A DNA stretch of 64,000 nucleotides from positions 302,448-366,447 of the forward strand of contig VRVR01000007.1 of assembly GCA_009859145.1 (NCBI GenBank). Reading direction: 5' to 3'. This DNA is from Andalucia godoyi And28. Taxonomy: Eukaryota; Protista; Jakobida. Positions 39,931 to 50,272 of this stretch are shown piece by piece (position 1 is the stretch's first letter; each line of letters opens with the position of its first letter). Position numbers and translations under genes: made by a program. The notes beneath the pieces are model-generated. The model worked only from the letters and a program-made list of their open reading frames with translations. It made no database searches and had not been told where the DNA came from.

Positions 39931-40345
39931 CCGGCCTTGGACTGTGCCGGCGGGAAAATGTGACCACCTGCTGTAATAAAAGACCACCATTTTTATGAAT
40001 ACACAAAAAAAAAAAGCGGCCGAGGTTACACAATGTAATTGGAGTGAGGTGCTGATGTCAGAGCTGTCAGTCTATCAGCGCATTGGGTATATTTTGTCCC
40101 CGCAGTCCCTTTTTTGCTGTCAGAGGTTCGAATGGGCTCTTCCATACTTGCATCAGGTTTTTTCACCTCTCCTTCTTTCCTCTCTCCTTTTCGATTCTTT
40201 GAGTGGCTTCTTTTTCATTTTCCTTTCTTCCTCAATCACCCGCCTGTTCACTTTTTTATAATAATTTTCTCCCCCGCCACCTTTCTTACTTCTTTGCATA
40301 TTGTTATTGTTTTCGCATCTGGAGACCCAGTGAGTTGGAGCAAGA

Positions 40346-43300
40346 ATGAGCAATCTCGAGATGCGTGGTTTGACGATGTTCATTTCGGACATTCGAAACT
40401 GCCGAACAAAGGATCTTGAACAGAAGCGTATCAACAAGGAGCTTGCGAAAGTGCGCCAGAAGTTCAAGGAGGACACCAAGATGACTGGATATGACCGCAA
40501 AAAGTACATTGCCAAGCTACTGTATATTTTCATGCTTGGCTACAATGTGGATTTTGGCCATATCGAGGCGGTTCGTCTGCTTTCGTCTGACAAGTATTCT
40601 GAGAAGCACCTAGGATACCTTGCTTGCACGCTGCTTCTTGATGAAACCCACGAGTTGCTGACTCTGATCATCAACTCTGTTGCGCAGGACTTGCTGTCCA
40701 ACAATGAAAACTTCCAGTGCCTTGCCCTGACTGCGATTGCAAATGTCGGCGGAAAGCAGTTTGCCGAAGCCCTGTGTGGCGAGGTCATCAAGGTGCTTAC
40801 GGAGCGTGAGACCAAGACACCTGCTGTCAAGAAGGCGGCGCTGACGCTGCTTCGACTGTACCGAAAGTACCCCGAAGTGTTCCCTCCTGATGAATGGTGC
40901 CAGAAAGTTGTCGGACTGTTGGACCGTCCAGATCTTGGTGTACTGACTTCCGTCGCTTCTTTGCTGGTCGGTCTCGTTTCCGACCATCCTGATGCGTATG
41001 AGGGCGCGGTTCCCCGTTCTGTCCGCGTGTTGGTCAAGATTGTGTTGCAGAAGGACTATTCCTCCGATTACGTATACTATGGAGTGCCTACTCCTTGGCT
41101 CCAGGTCAAGCTTCTTCGCTTGCTGCAGTACTATCCGCCCCCTGCCGATCAGACTCTCCAGGCACGAATCAACGAGGTCTTGACCCGCATCATTGGCGGC
41201 TCTGAAATTGTTCCCAAGGCACCGAACAAAACGAATGCAATCCATGCAGTCCTGTACGAGGCCATTGCCCTTGTTATTGCGTACAACAACAACCCCGAGC
41301 TGCTTACACAGGCTGTCACCATCTTGTCACGCTATCTCGTTGTCAAGGACGCCAACCTCAAGTATCTCGCTCTCGAGTCGCTCGCCCGCGTTGCCACCCA
41401 CGAAGCAATGAAGAAGCAGCAAGAAACAGTCGTTGCGTCTCTCAAGGATGCGGACATTTCCATTCGCCGCCGTGCGCTCGAGGTTCTGTACTGTCTTTGC
41501 GATGCCTCCAATGCAGAGGATATTGTTCGCGAGTTGCTGGAGTATCTGCAGGTTGCAGATTTTGCGATCCGCGAAGATCTAGTGTTGCGTATTGCGCTGC
41601 TTGCAGAAAAGTTTGCTCCGTCCCCCGGTTGGTTCCTGGACACCTGCATGAAGCTTTTGCACACTGCCGGTGACTATGTAACAGACGATGTGTGGTTCCG
41701 CGTCGCCCAGATTGTGACAAACACTCCGGATATCCATGCGTATGCAGCAGAGCAGGTTTTGAAGGAGGTTCGCAACCCTGCTGCCCACGAAACCGCCATC
41801 AAGATTGGAGCGTACATTCTTGGAGAGTACGGTCGCAGCCTTGACGTCTCTGGTGCGGACGTTTTTGATGCGCTGCATGCCAAGTACGTCACGGTTTCGG
41901 CGAAGACGCAGGCCCTTTTGCTGAATTCCTATGTGAAACTGCGTGCATCTTTCGCGTCTGATGGAGCACTTCGGGATCGTGTTTCCCGCGTCTTCACGCA
42001 GATGCAGTCGTCCATGGATCCAGAAGTTCAGCAGCGTGCATGCGAGTACTCGTACATGCTGGAAGCTGGCCAGGGCTTCTATGCGTCTGTCCTGGAGGAA
42101 CTTCCCGCTTTCCCAGAACGTGAGTCGTCCATCCTTCGTCAGCTGAAGCAGAAAGAACAAGACACCGTCGACAAGTCTGTGTGGACCAAGAAGCAAGAAC
42201 AGGAGAATGCAGCCGGTGAGGAAGGCGAGCAGCAAGAAGAGCAGCAACCAGAGGTAGAGCGCGCTGCTCCTCTCCGTTCTGCGAGCCAACAGCAGCAGAA
42301 GAAGTCCGAGCCCCTTGATTCGCTTTTGGATCTTGGAAACTCGGAACCGATTTCGTCCTCGGGATCTAAGAGCTCCGGCAACGCGGGCGACATCCTGGAT
42401 CTTCTCTCTGGCCCCTCCGCCGCACCTTCACACTCGGCATCGTCCTCTTCTTCTGGAGGACTTTCTGCGGCTTCCCTGTTCGGCGGCCCGGTTGCTGCCC
42501 AATCGGCACAACATGCGGCGCCTGCCCCGTCTGCTCTTGACGACATCTTTGGAGGCCCCGTCAACGTATCGACTGCAGCGTCTGCCTCCTCAGTCGACAT
42601 CAACACTGTGGGATCGAACAACTGCAACGTCTCTCCGGAAGCCATCAAGGCCTCCGCCCGCAATTTGGCGATCCAGGACCGTGGCGTGCTCTTTGAGGAC
42701 GAGCGTGTTCAGGTTGGCTGCGTTGCCCAGTTTGCCGGAGCTGCTGCTCAAGTCGGTCTGTTCTTTGGAAACAAGGCTTCCGCTCCTCTTACGCAACTCA
42801 GCATTCAAGTGCACAGCAGTGATCCGAATGCTCTCCGCATCCAGACCTCTGCACTGCCACCAATGGTCACTCCGCGCCAGCAAGCTCAGGCGACTGTGCA
42901 GGCCCAGATGTCCGCACCATTCGAGGAGGCACCGCACGCAGTCATTTCATACAACCTAGGTGCGCAAAGTTTCACCGCGGTTGTCAGCTTGCCGATCTTG
43001 GTTACAAAGTTCTTCGCTCCGATGCAGGCTGCAAACTCGGAACAGTTTTTCGGGCGGTGGCGATCCATCGTTGGTGATGGAACCGAGCAGCAGGAAGCAT
43101 TCAAGTCTTCCCGACCGGTTGATGTCCAGAATGTGCAGAGAATCCTCGGAAACGGACTCCGCTTCTCGACGCTCTCTGGAATTGACCCGAATCCCGCCAA
43201 TGCAGTTGCTGCTGCGTCCTATGGACAAGTTCCGGTTATGGTCCGTGTGGAGACGAATGCGCAGTCGAATGCGTACCGTGTGACCGTCCGTGCGTCCTCC

Positions 43301-43351
43301 GCCCCTCTCGCCAGAGCGACTCTGCAGATTGTGAAGGCACAACTTGCGTAA
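40346..43351 (+). CDS. AP2A: AP-2 complex alpha adaptin, 1001 aa
   Basis: MRGLTMFISDIRNC..EQKRINKELAKVR, YYGVPTPWLQVKLLRLLQ, a hinge with LLDL motifs and an ear/platform domain. Confidence 0.95.
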   Translation: MSNLEMRGLTMFISDIRNCRTKDLEQKRINKELAKVRQKFKEDTKMTGYDRKKYIAKLLYIFMLGYNVDFGHIEAVRLLSSDKYSEKHLGYLACTLLLDETHELLTLIINSVAQDLLSNNENFQCLALTAIANVGGKQFAEALCGEVIKVLTERETKTPAVKKAALTLLRLYRKYPEVFPPDEWCQKVVGLLDRPDLGVLTSVASLLVGLVSDHPDAYEGAVPRSVRVLVKIVLQKDYSSDYVYYGVPTPWLQVKLLRLLQYYPPPADQTLQARINEVLTRIIGGSEIVPKAPNKTNAIHAVLYEAIALVIAYNNNPELLTQAVTILSRYLVVKDANLKYLALESLARVATHEAMKKQQETVVASLKDADISIRRRALEVLYCLCDASNAEDIVRELLEYLQVADFAIREDLVLRIALLAEKFAPSPGWFLDTCMKLLHTAGDYVTDDVWFRVAQIVTNTPDIHAYAAEQVLKEVRNPAAHETAIKIGAYILGEYGRSLDVSGADVFDALHAKYVTVSAKTQALLLNSYVKLRASFASDGALRDRVSRVFTQMQSSMDPEVQQRACEYSYMLEAGQGFYASVLEELPAFPERESSILRQLKQKEQDTVDKSVWTKKQEQENAAGEEGEQQEEQQPEVERAAPLRSASQQQQKKSEPLDSLLDLGNSEPISSSGSKSSGNAGDILDLLSGPSAAPSHSASSSSSGGLSAASLFGGPVAAQSAQHAAPAPSALDDIFGGPVNVSTAASASSVDINTVGSNNCNVSPEAIKASARNLAIQDRGVLFEDERVQVGCVAQFAGAAAQVGLFFGNKASAPLTQLSIQVHSSDPNALRIQTSALPPMVTPRQQAQATVQAQMSAPFEEAPHAVISYNLGAQSFTAVVSLPILVTKFFAPMQAANSEQFFGRWRSIVGDGTEQQEAFKSSRPVDVQNVQRILGNGLRFSTLSGIDPNPANAVAAASYGQVPVMVRVETNAQSNAYRVTVRASSAPLARATLQIVKAQLA

Positions 43352-43750
43352 GCAGCATCACAACCACGTACGGAAGATCGGTTGTTGGCCATGCTGTGTT
43401 TTGATGATTTTTTCTTCTTCTTTGATTTGAGGTTGTGGGTGCGGAACAACATGGAAGTATGTGGAGTAAAACTGGTTTTCTGAGTTTTTTTTTTTGTTTT
43501 CTTTTTTGCCCCCCAAAGGCTTTCCTCTTTGTGTTTGCGTGGTGGGTGGAGGTTTACGTAGTGGGCCCCGAAACAGAGTGTGGATGATCTTTGAATTAAT
43601 TAATTAAAAATATATAAAAAGGCAAACTTTTGTGACCACGGCCAAACCCCTCTCCCTCTCTCTCCCATTTGTGCATCCCTGATGCTCCCTTATGCATGTG
43701 TGTGTTCGTTGCTGATCAAGTGGCCACTCCCGATATATTTGTATTTTCTT

Positions 43751-44665
43751 TCAATGGTTCAACGACCAGTCATAGTCCACATACTCGACGTTGAACGTTG
43801 CAAGCACCGTCCGATCTTCATGGAGCTCGCGTGCGCCCCAGTCCAGCACGCCTTCCAGGCCCCCAAAATCGGAGCCGTACCACTTGAAAATCATGCTCAG
43901 GCGGACCGTCTTGGCATCCTTGTCGACCAGAAAGGAGTTTGTGAAAAAGTTCGTGGAGGCCATAGAGAGTTGGTCCTCCAGCTGCTCTGCAGCGTAGAAG
44001 CGGATCGGAGGACAGCTTTTGGAACCGCAAACCAACGCGGTATGAATTCTTGGATCCATGGTGTCCAAAGCATACGATTTCCGTGGATCGTCCTTGCAAA
44101 AGTACGCAACAGCCTTCTTCGACGCTGACGGATGAGGTCTGTTTGCTCTCAGGATGCCGTGCTCAATGTCATCAGGCGTGAATGTCAGATCTCCAATGCG
44201 ATACGCTATTCCCCGAAAGAACGTTGGTATTTCCAGCACCGTGTTTTTGATCTGGAGCGCAATGATCCCGTGCATGACGAGTACGTTGTACAGATTGAGG
44301 AAGAACGCAGTTCGCTCTTCTGTCGACGATCCACACTCTGCAGGACTTTTGACATGCGCCAGCTCCTGTGCAGTGCAAACCAGATCCGCGTACACATCCG
44401 AGGAAGCCAAGGAAGCATAGTCCACAACTCCTCTGTCTACATCAACAGCGGCTCCTTTGAGTTTATTGGTGAGACTCTTCAGTCGCTTTGCAATATCTGA
44501 TCCCGAAACAGCAGCCTCGGACCCGCCTTGTTCAGCACTCTGCACCGTCTTTTGCGGCTCGTTCAGCACTTGCGGCGGATACCACGACTTTGGCGCAAAC
44601 ATTTTAAAAATTTCCTTTTTGGACTTTGCATTCTTCAGAATGTACTTTAATGTTTTCATCGACAT
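43751..44665 (-). CDS. DUF547 domain protein, 304 aa
   Basis: AFFLNLYNVLVMHG, DDIEHGILR, DPRIHTALVCGSKSCPPI, LSMIFKWYGSDF and YVDYDWSLN. Confidence 0.85.
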   Translation of the reverse strand: MSMKTLKYILKNAKSKKEIFKMFAPKSWYPPQVLNEPQKTVQSAEQGGSEAAVSGSDIAKRLKSLTNKLKGAAVDVDRGVVDYASLASSDVYADLVCTAQELAHVKSPAECGSSTEERTAFFLNLYNVLVMHGIIALQIKNTVLEIPTFFRGIAYRIGDLTFTPDDIEHGILRANRPHPSASKKAVAYFCKDDPRKSYALDTMDPRIHTALVCGSKSCPPIRFYAAEQLEDQLSMASTNFFTNSFLVDKDAKTVRLSMIFKWYGSDFGGLEGVLDWGARELHEDRTVLATFNVEYVDYDWSLNH

Positions 44666-44801
44666 TCTCAGCCCAATTCATCACACGAGCACCCAAAAAA
44701 TACACGTACAAAGAGACAGCACAAAAAAAAACACTGTACAGGAATAAAAACAAGAAGCGAAAGAGAAGACGGAAAATGATTGCTAAATAAACGATCAGCA
44801 T

Positions 44802-44829
44802 GAAATCCAGCGGGAAATCCAGCGGGAAA
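44802..44829. promoter_or_regulatory. 12-bp tandem GAAATCCAGCGG containing two GCGGGAAA (E2F-like) sites upstream of DUF547
   Basis: Direct repeat seen in sequence; GCGGGAAA is the reverse complement of the TTTCCCGC E2F consensus. Confidence 0.35.
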
Positions 44830-44870
44830 AGAACCGAGATGCACACCTAATGAGCACTAACTGCTGCTGC

Positions 44871-46136
44871 CTATCTCTTCTTTTTCGACTCGGCTGCATT
44901 CCTGCCACCGGGTGTTTGTACGACTGGTGAAGGAGTGGCATCTACGACAGGAGGAATCATCTGGACGGTGGTTGGCGATCGGACGGCGAGTCTTGCGGCT
45001 CTCCGTTTCTTTGCGTCCTGGATTCTGCGCTTTAAGTGCCGCGTCCAAAAGAACAAGACGACGGACGCAAAGAGTGCGCCGATGGCCAATGCTGTGTCGA
45101 GATGGTCGGAGAGAAAGTCTCCGATATCACCTCCGAACAACCTGCGAGACGCCAGCAAGCTTGCTGTGCGTTTTCTTTCTTGCTCGTAGTCGAGGGCTCG
45201 AAGACGAGGATCCGCCAGGAGATCTTCTTCTGAATACTCTGGGAAATGTTCCATCTCCTCTGGAGAAAAGATCTCCTCTAGTGCTCCAAACGGGCCCAAG
45301 TACAAGTTGTCGATCAGCAGACCGGACTTTTCAAACGGGACTTCAATCTTCCATTTCATAATCGACTGAGACTTCAGTCTGTACAACTGCTCCTTGGTCA
45401 TGGCGCAGCCCGCAACGATCGTCTCCCTGCGCTGCGTTGCGTCCTGTGGTGTCCCTTCTGGAGTGTGTACGGAAGGTGCAGCGACTGTGATGAAGAGCGA
45501 CCTGTCTCGATGGATAAGCACGGAGACCATGAAGAACCTCTGTGGATCGCCGCAATGCAGAGCATTCTCCGCAAAACAAACATCATCGCCAATCTGAAGA
45601 ACCAGATCCGAACCACGAACCGCAAAATCCAGCATGGAGTCGTGTCGCTTCGTCATCAAGAATGACGCAAACCCATCCGTCAAGCACCCGCTTTGAAATA
45701 TCACACCGATTGACATTCGAATCGTCGACTTGTCATTGAACACATCTGGCAGATCGCTCACCATTTGGCCTATTCGTCGAACATCACCGCCACCATCACC
45801 AGCAGCAGCCGTTGTAACAGCGTTGTGAGAAGAAAAGAAATGCGACATCAGTAGCGGTTTTGACAAGTTTCCTTGAATCTGCACAAAATGTCCCTGGTTT
45901 TGCATAAGGATGAGCCCATAGTTGTCTCCTAGGGCATTTTTCGCCCGAGATCGTGCCCACTTCGATGACGTGGGGTGTTCCCATCCGCTCTCCTTGAGGG
46001 GCTTACTAAATGTTTCGCGTAGATGAATCGAATCACGAAATGAAGATTCACTCAATTGCACAAAGAAACAACCGATCCATAATACACAAGTAACGAAAGA
46101 CAGAGTACAATAATAACTGTACACCGCTCCGGCCAT
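44871..46136 (-). CDS. Hypothetical type I membrane protein, 421 aa
   Basis: N-terminal hydrophobic signal, a single TM (ALAIGALFASVVLFFW) and a basic cytosolic tail. Confidence 0.6.
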   Translation of the reverse strand: MAGAVYSYYCTLSFVTCVLWIGCFFVQLSESSFRDSIHLRETFSKPLKESGWEHPTSSKWARSRAKNALGDNYGLILMQNQGHFVQIQGNLSKPLLMSHFFSSHNAVTTAAAGDGGGDVRRIGQMVSDLPDVFNDKSTIRMSIGVIFQSGCLTDGFASFLMTKRHDSMLDFAVRGSDLVLQIGDDVCFAENALHCGDPQRFFMVSVLIHRDRSLFITVAAPSVHTPEGTPQDATQRRETIVAGCAMTKEQLYRLKSQSIMKWKIEVPFEKSGLLIDNLYLGPFGALEEIFSPEEMEHFPEYSEEDLLADPRLRALDYEQERKRTASLLASRRLFGGDIGDFLSDHLDTALAIGALFASVVLFFWTRHLKRRIQDAKKRRAARLAVRSPTTVQMIPPVVDATPSPVVQTPGGRNAAESKKKR

Positions 46137-46452
46137 CTTTTTTCCTTCTTCCTCTTCTTATAATTCACTATTTTAGTTTTAAAAAATATCTTGAAATAAT
46201 TGAAAACGATAATTGAGAGTCCAAATTTATGGAATAAAAATTTAAACCAACATAACAGGTGGGGGCATGTACAGCAGTTGCAGAAAAGGTTGTGGAACTG
46301 CTGGAACGGTGCAGAAAACTGAACGTTTGGAGTATTTTTTATCCGTGTTTCGATAGACGTCATACGAAGCGTGAGGAGTACGACACAGTGCTTAACAGAA
46401 AAAGTATTCAAAAAAGGGAGAAGGAAAAACAAGAAGGATCGTGGTAGAAAGA

Positions 46453-47463
46453 ATGTCAGCTGCGTCGGATAAAAAGCACTTACGAGTGTCACTTCAGGAG
46501 CTGCGTCAGATGATGATGAGAACTGACATATCGTATCGAGATGCCCGTCCGTGCTCCTCTCCTTCGACTCACACTGTTGCTTTTCCCAAACTTATCAGTG
46601 AGCCCGTTTCTGCAAAGGACACTTATTTGCAGTCTCGGTCCAGAAGTTCGTCTTTGATGGGCTCGCCAGCCCCTCCTTCTCCACAACAACAACAACAGCG
46701 GCAGCAGCAGCAGCAAGAGACGGGAAAAGGTGAAGAGGGGGCAGAGGAAAGAGAAGCAGAGGAAGCACGAAAAAAGACGAAGAGTAGTGTCGACCGAAAG
46801 TCTGGAGTCGGGAGGAAGAAACCGCAGCCATTTGGTCGGCATGGGAGTGACATAACAGAATCGGTGGGAAGCAGTACGAGGCCTGTCAGCAGACGCGGGG
46901 CGCTTCAGCTTGAGCAGTGGATGGACAGTTCGATGGCAGAGCTGGAGCCGCTGGAAAGAAGCGATCCGGAGACGTTTCTCGCTGCGTCTCGAGAGCTGTA
47001 TAACTCAGTGTTGCAGGAGCTGGTGAGACAGGTAAGTCTGGATTGCGTAGATCGAGGAAGAGTTCTTGCTCGTGTCTGGGTACGGTTCATGGCGCTATTC
47101 CAGCACTTGACTAAGCAGGCACAGCTTTCGCAGATGAATTATGAGCACCAAACACAGCTTATGAAGGAAGACTTGGTTGCGCTCCGCGATCTTTATGATA
47201 AGGATGTCTCTTCCTTGCGAGATGCGCTCCAGGGAAGCTTTACAGACCTTGATAAGTACCACAAAATCATCCTGATGAAAACCATAGAGAACCGCAATCA
47301 GGCTACCGAGACGGATGCACTGAAGAAAAGGATCGAATTTCTCGAAGCGCAGCTCCATGAAAAGCAAAACGAAGGATCCCTTTCCCATCGACTCTTGGAC
47401 GTTCAAGAAAAACTCGGGCTGTCAGACGGTCTTGGGTTCGCTGCGTCGATTCCAAAGCCTTGA
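46453..47463 (+). CDS. Axonemal dynein light chain (p28/Ax_dynein_light) domain protein, ~336 aa
   Basis: RELYNSVLQELVRQVSLDCVDRGRVLARV resembles p28 RELY..CFDELIRQVTINCAERGLLL; a coiled coil follows. Confidence 0.7.
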   Translation: MSAASDKKHLRVSLQELRQMMMRTDISYRDARPCSSPSTHTVAFPKLISEPVSAKDTYLQSRSRSSSLMGSPAPPSPQQQQQRQQQQQETGKGEEGAEEREAEEARKKTKSSVDRKSGVGRKKPQPFGRHGSDITESVGSSTRPVSRRGALQLEQWMDSSMAELEPLERSDPETFLAASRELYNSVLQELVRQVSLDCVDRGRVLARVWVRFMALFQHLTKQAQLSQMNYEHQTQLMKEDLVALRDLYDKDVSSLRDALQGSFTDLDKYHKIILMKTIENRNQATETDALKKRIEFLEAQLHEKQNEGSLSHRLLDVQEKLGLSDGLGFAASIPKP

Positions 47464-47972
47464 TCAAAGGCTCCCCTTTATGAATCCTAACCCTTCAGTT
47501 TTTCCAGTAAGTACATACCATACTGCTTAGTTTCAGTATGAATCTGGGCTCTTCATTTCTCTCTCTGTTCTTCTTGTCTCTTTTTGCTCCCCTTTCTGCG
47601 CGAACCATGATGGCGCATGCACTTCTGTGTGCTGGGTCCTTGCGCCCCTCCACTAGACGACTGATCCCGTAGGATCGACCGTCATGCAACACTGCAATAG
47701 TACCAACTAGGGCCAATTAGGGTTTGATACAATGTGCGTTGCAGAGGCGGAAACTGCTGCATCCTGACGTGCGCACACATGAGCGGGACAATCCAAAAAG
47801 AATGCGCGATACTCGGTCCTTTTTCTTTTTTCAATCTCATCGTCGTTTCCCCCCTACTTTTCAATGTTTTTTCTTCTTCTCTTCTTCATTTAAATTTAAA
47901 TCATTATTTCTTCTTCTTCTTTTTTCCTTCTTCTGGTGTTGGTGCTGTTGGTCATAGGAGAGAGAGATCGAG

Positions 47973-48989
47973 ATGAAGGTTTGTGATGGATTGTGGGACT
48001 CCGTGGGCAGAACGCCGCTTGTGGAGCTGAAAACTCTTTCGGAGCTTCTCGGCTGTCGGATTCTGGGGAAGGCTGAGTGGCTGAACCCCGGTGGATCTGT
48101 GAAGGATCGCGCTGCAAAGTATCTTATTGATGCAGCCGAGAAGTCGGGAAAACTTGTGCCGCACTCTGGAATGACGATTGTCGAAGCATCTGGAGGAAAC
48201 ACGGCACTTGCGCTTGTTCTTCTTTCTCGCGCACGAGGCTACAATTGCATTTTCACGATCCCAGAAACTGTTTCTCCAGAGAAAATCAATATGATGAAGC
48301 GACTTGGAGCGCAGGTTGTGTTGTGTCCGATCGTCCCCTTTTCGGACGACCGGCACTTTTACCATCAAGCACGAAAAATCGCAGAAGAAACACCCGGTGC
48401 GTACTGGACCGATCAGTTCATGAACATTGCAAACTCGAATTCGCACTTTGAGACAACGGCCCCGGAGATCTGGGATCAGACCGATGGCGAAATCAGTGGT
48501 TTTGTGTGCGCAGCAGGGACAGGGGGAACGATTTCTGGGATTTCGCGGTTTCTCAAGGAAAAGAAGGGTGCCGCGTGCAGTGTGCATCTTGTGGACTGTG
48601 GTGGTTCAGGGCTTAAAAGTTATGTGGAAACAGGGACGTTTGTGGTCGAAGGATCGACACAGGCGGAGGGAATTGGAATTGGAAGGCTCGTAGAGAACTT
48701 TGCGACGGCGGTTGTCGACGGCGCGTTCTTCTGCACCGACGCAGAGGCTTTCCGAATGATTTCATGGCTCATCGCAAAGGAAGGTCTTGTACTGGGTCCT
48801 TCAGCTGCGCTCAATGTTGTTGGTGCAGTCAAACTTGCTCGAAAACTGGGTCCGGGAAATACGATTGTGACGGTTCTCTGTGACGCGGGCGAACGGTATC
48901 AAAAGAAGGTCTTTGACGTCGAATGGCTCAAGTCCCAGAACTTGTTTTTTGACGGATCACTGGACGCTGATCTCAACTGGATTCTCTAA
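47973..48989 (+). CDS. cysK: Cysteine synthase (PLP-dependent O-acetylserine sulfhydrylase-like), 338 aa
   Basis: VGRTPLVEL, KAEWLNPGGSVKDRAA (PLP lysine), AGTGGT and GPSAALNV. Confidence 0.9.
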   Translation: MKVCDGLWDSVGRTPLVELKTLSELLGCRILGKAEWLNPGGSVKDRAAKYLIDAAEKSGKLVPHSGMTIVEASGGNTALALVLLSRARGYNCIFTIPETVSPEKINMMKRLGAQVVLCPIVPFSDDRHFYHQARKIAEETPGAYWTDQFMNIANSNSHFETTAPEIWDQTDGEISGFVCAAGTGGTISGISRFLKEKKGAACSVHLVDCGGSGLKSYVETGTFVVEGSTQAEGIGIGRLVENFATAVVDGAFFCTDAEAFRMISWLIAKEGLVLGPSAALNVVGAVKLARKLGPGNTIVTVLCDAGERYQKKVFDVEWLKSQNLFFDGSLDADLNWIL

Positions 48990-49246
48990 CGAAGGAAACG
49001 TAAGCAAACAAAAAGTGCGCTTCCCTTCGCATAACCGGATCGAAATCAACAGGGGAGGGGAGCAGGAATGGTAAACCAAGAACGAGAACACGACGCGGTT
49101 TACAAGGTACCGGGTGGACTCTCATCCACGCACATACACAGACCGGCAGACAGACGATACACTGAAAATTAAATAAAAGAATCGAAAGCACGGTAATTTC
49201 AAGAAAGCACAAACACACAACAACAACAACAACAACAACCCCAGCC

Positions 49247-49817
49247 TTACAATGCCTTCTTGGTGCCGAATCGGGCCTTGTATTGAGAGTCCATAGCCTT
49301 GGAGACCCTTCCCTTGAGATTTGGATACAGACCCAGGAAGAATGCCGTTTCGACATTTACAAAGAGCAGCGCAACCCAGAAGAAGACGTTTTCCAGCAGG
49401 GCGGGTCTGGTACCCTCAAAGACGCCGTGTCCGACAAACTGGATTGCCCACGAGAACACGTGTCCAAAGACAGCGTACGACAGAGCAGCTTGTCCAAAGT
49501 GGAAGACGGTGTAGTTTGCCGCGACCCACAAGAGTGACATTTGGACGGCAGTGATGAGTCCCAGCACAAAATGCAGCTTGATAAAGTACAGACCCATGAG
49601 AACCACGACAGGCAGAATGTACTGATTGATGCTCATCAGGGAATAGGAAGTCTGGAAAAGATGATTGGGAGTCTGCAGACCCGGAATAAACGATATCATG
49701 ATCATCAACGTGTAGAAGATCATCGGAACAAATAAACAATGGATAAACTGATTGACTCCATTTCGGTGGTACTTGCCATAATCAGCCATGGCATCCACAA
49801 GCGACCAGCGATTCACC

Positions 49818-49819
<2 letters not shown>
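49247..49819 (-). CDS. DUF962/Mpo1-like membrane dioxygenase, ~190 aa
   Basis: YGKYHRNGVNQFIHCLFVP, WAIQFVGHGVFEGTRPALL; multiple TM helices. Confidence 0.88.

Positions 49820-49820
<1 letters not shown>

Positions 49821-49853
<33 letters not shown>
49821..49853. repeat. (TC)n microsatellite abutting the Mpo1-like start codon
   Basis: Direct reading. Confidence 0.95.
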
Positions 49854-49860
<7 letters not shown>

Positions 49861-50272
49861 CTTCTGTTTTGCAAAACCTTGATTTTGTTTTAGAAAAAAC
49901 CAAAAAGAAAAAAAAATTAAAAATCAAGACAATGCTTGCACATTAAAAAATGCAAATGAGAGCTAATAATAAAGGCAGTGGTCCGGTGCATTGCAGCACT
50001 CCGCATGACATTGAAAAGAGGGGAGGTCCGGAAGAATTTGATTGACGGAGCCTCAAGCATCAAAGCACAGCGGGTCCGCTGGCGAAGCAGCCCAGCACTT
50101 GACTCTCCACGTACAGGCGCGGAGGCTCGTGCCTTAGTATTCCTCATGCTGCTTGTATTGCGTGTATCGCTTTTAGGGGCGTGGGACGTGAGGCGTGAGA
50201 ACTGGGCTGGTCGTTTCCCGCAACTCGCAGGCGTACTGGGAGATAGAGATAGAGATAGAGATAGAGAGGGCC

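Noticed and set aside
47607-47664. ATGATGG...CTGA C/D-like pair
   Set aside because: Imperfect C box, short span, no terminal stem and no recognisable rRNA complement.
47717-47725. TTAGGGTTT telo-box/telomeric word
   Set aside because: Single copy, expected by chance; no interstitial telomeric array.
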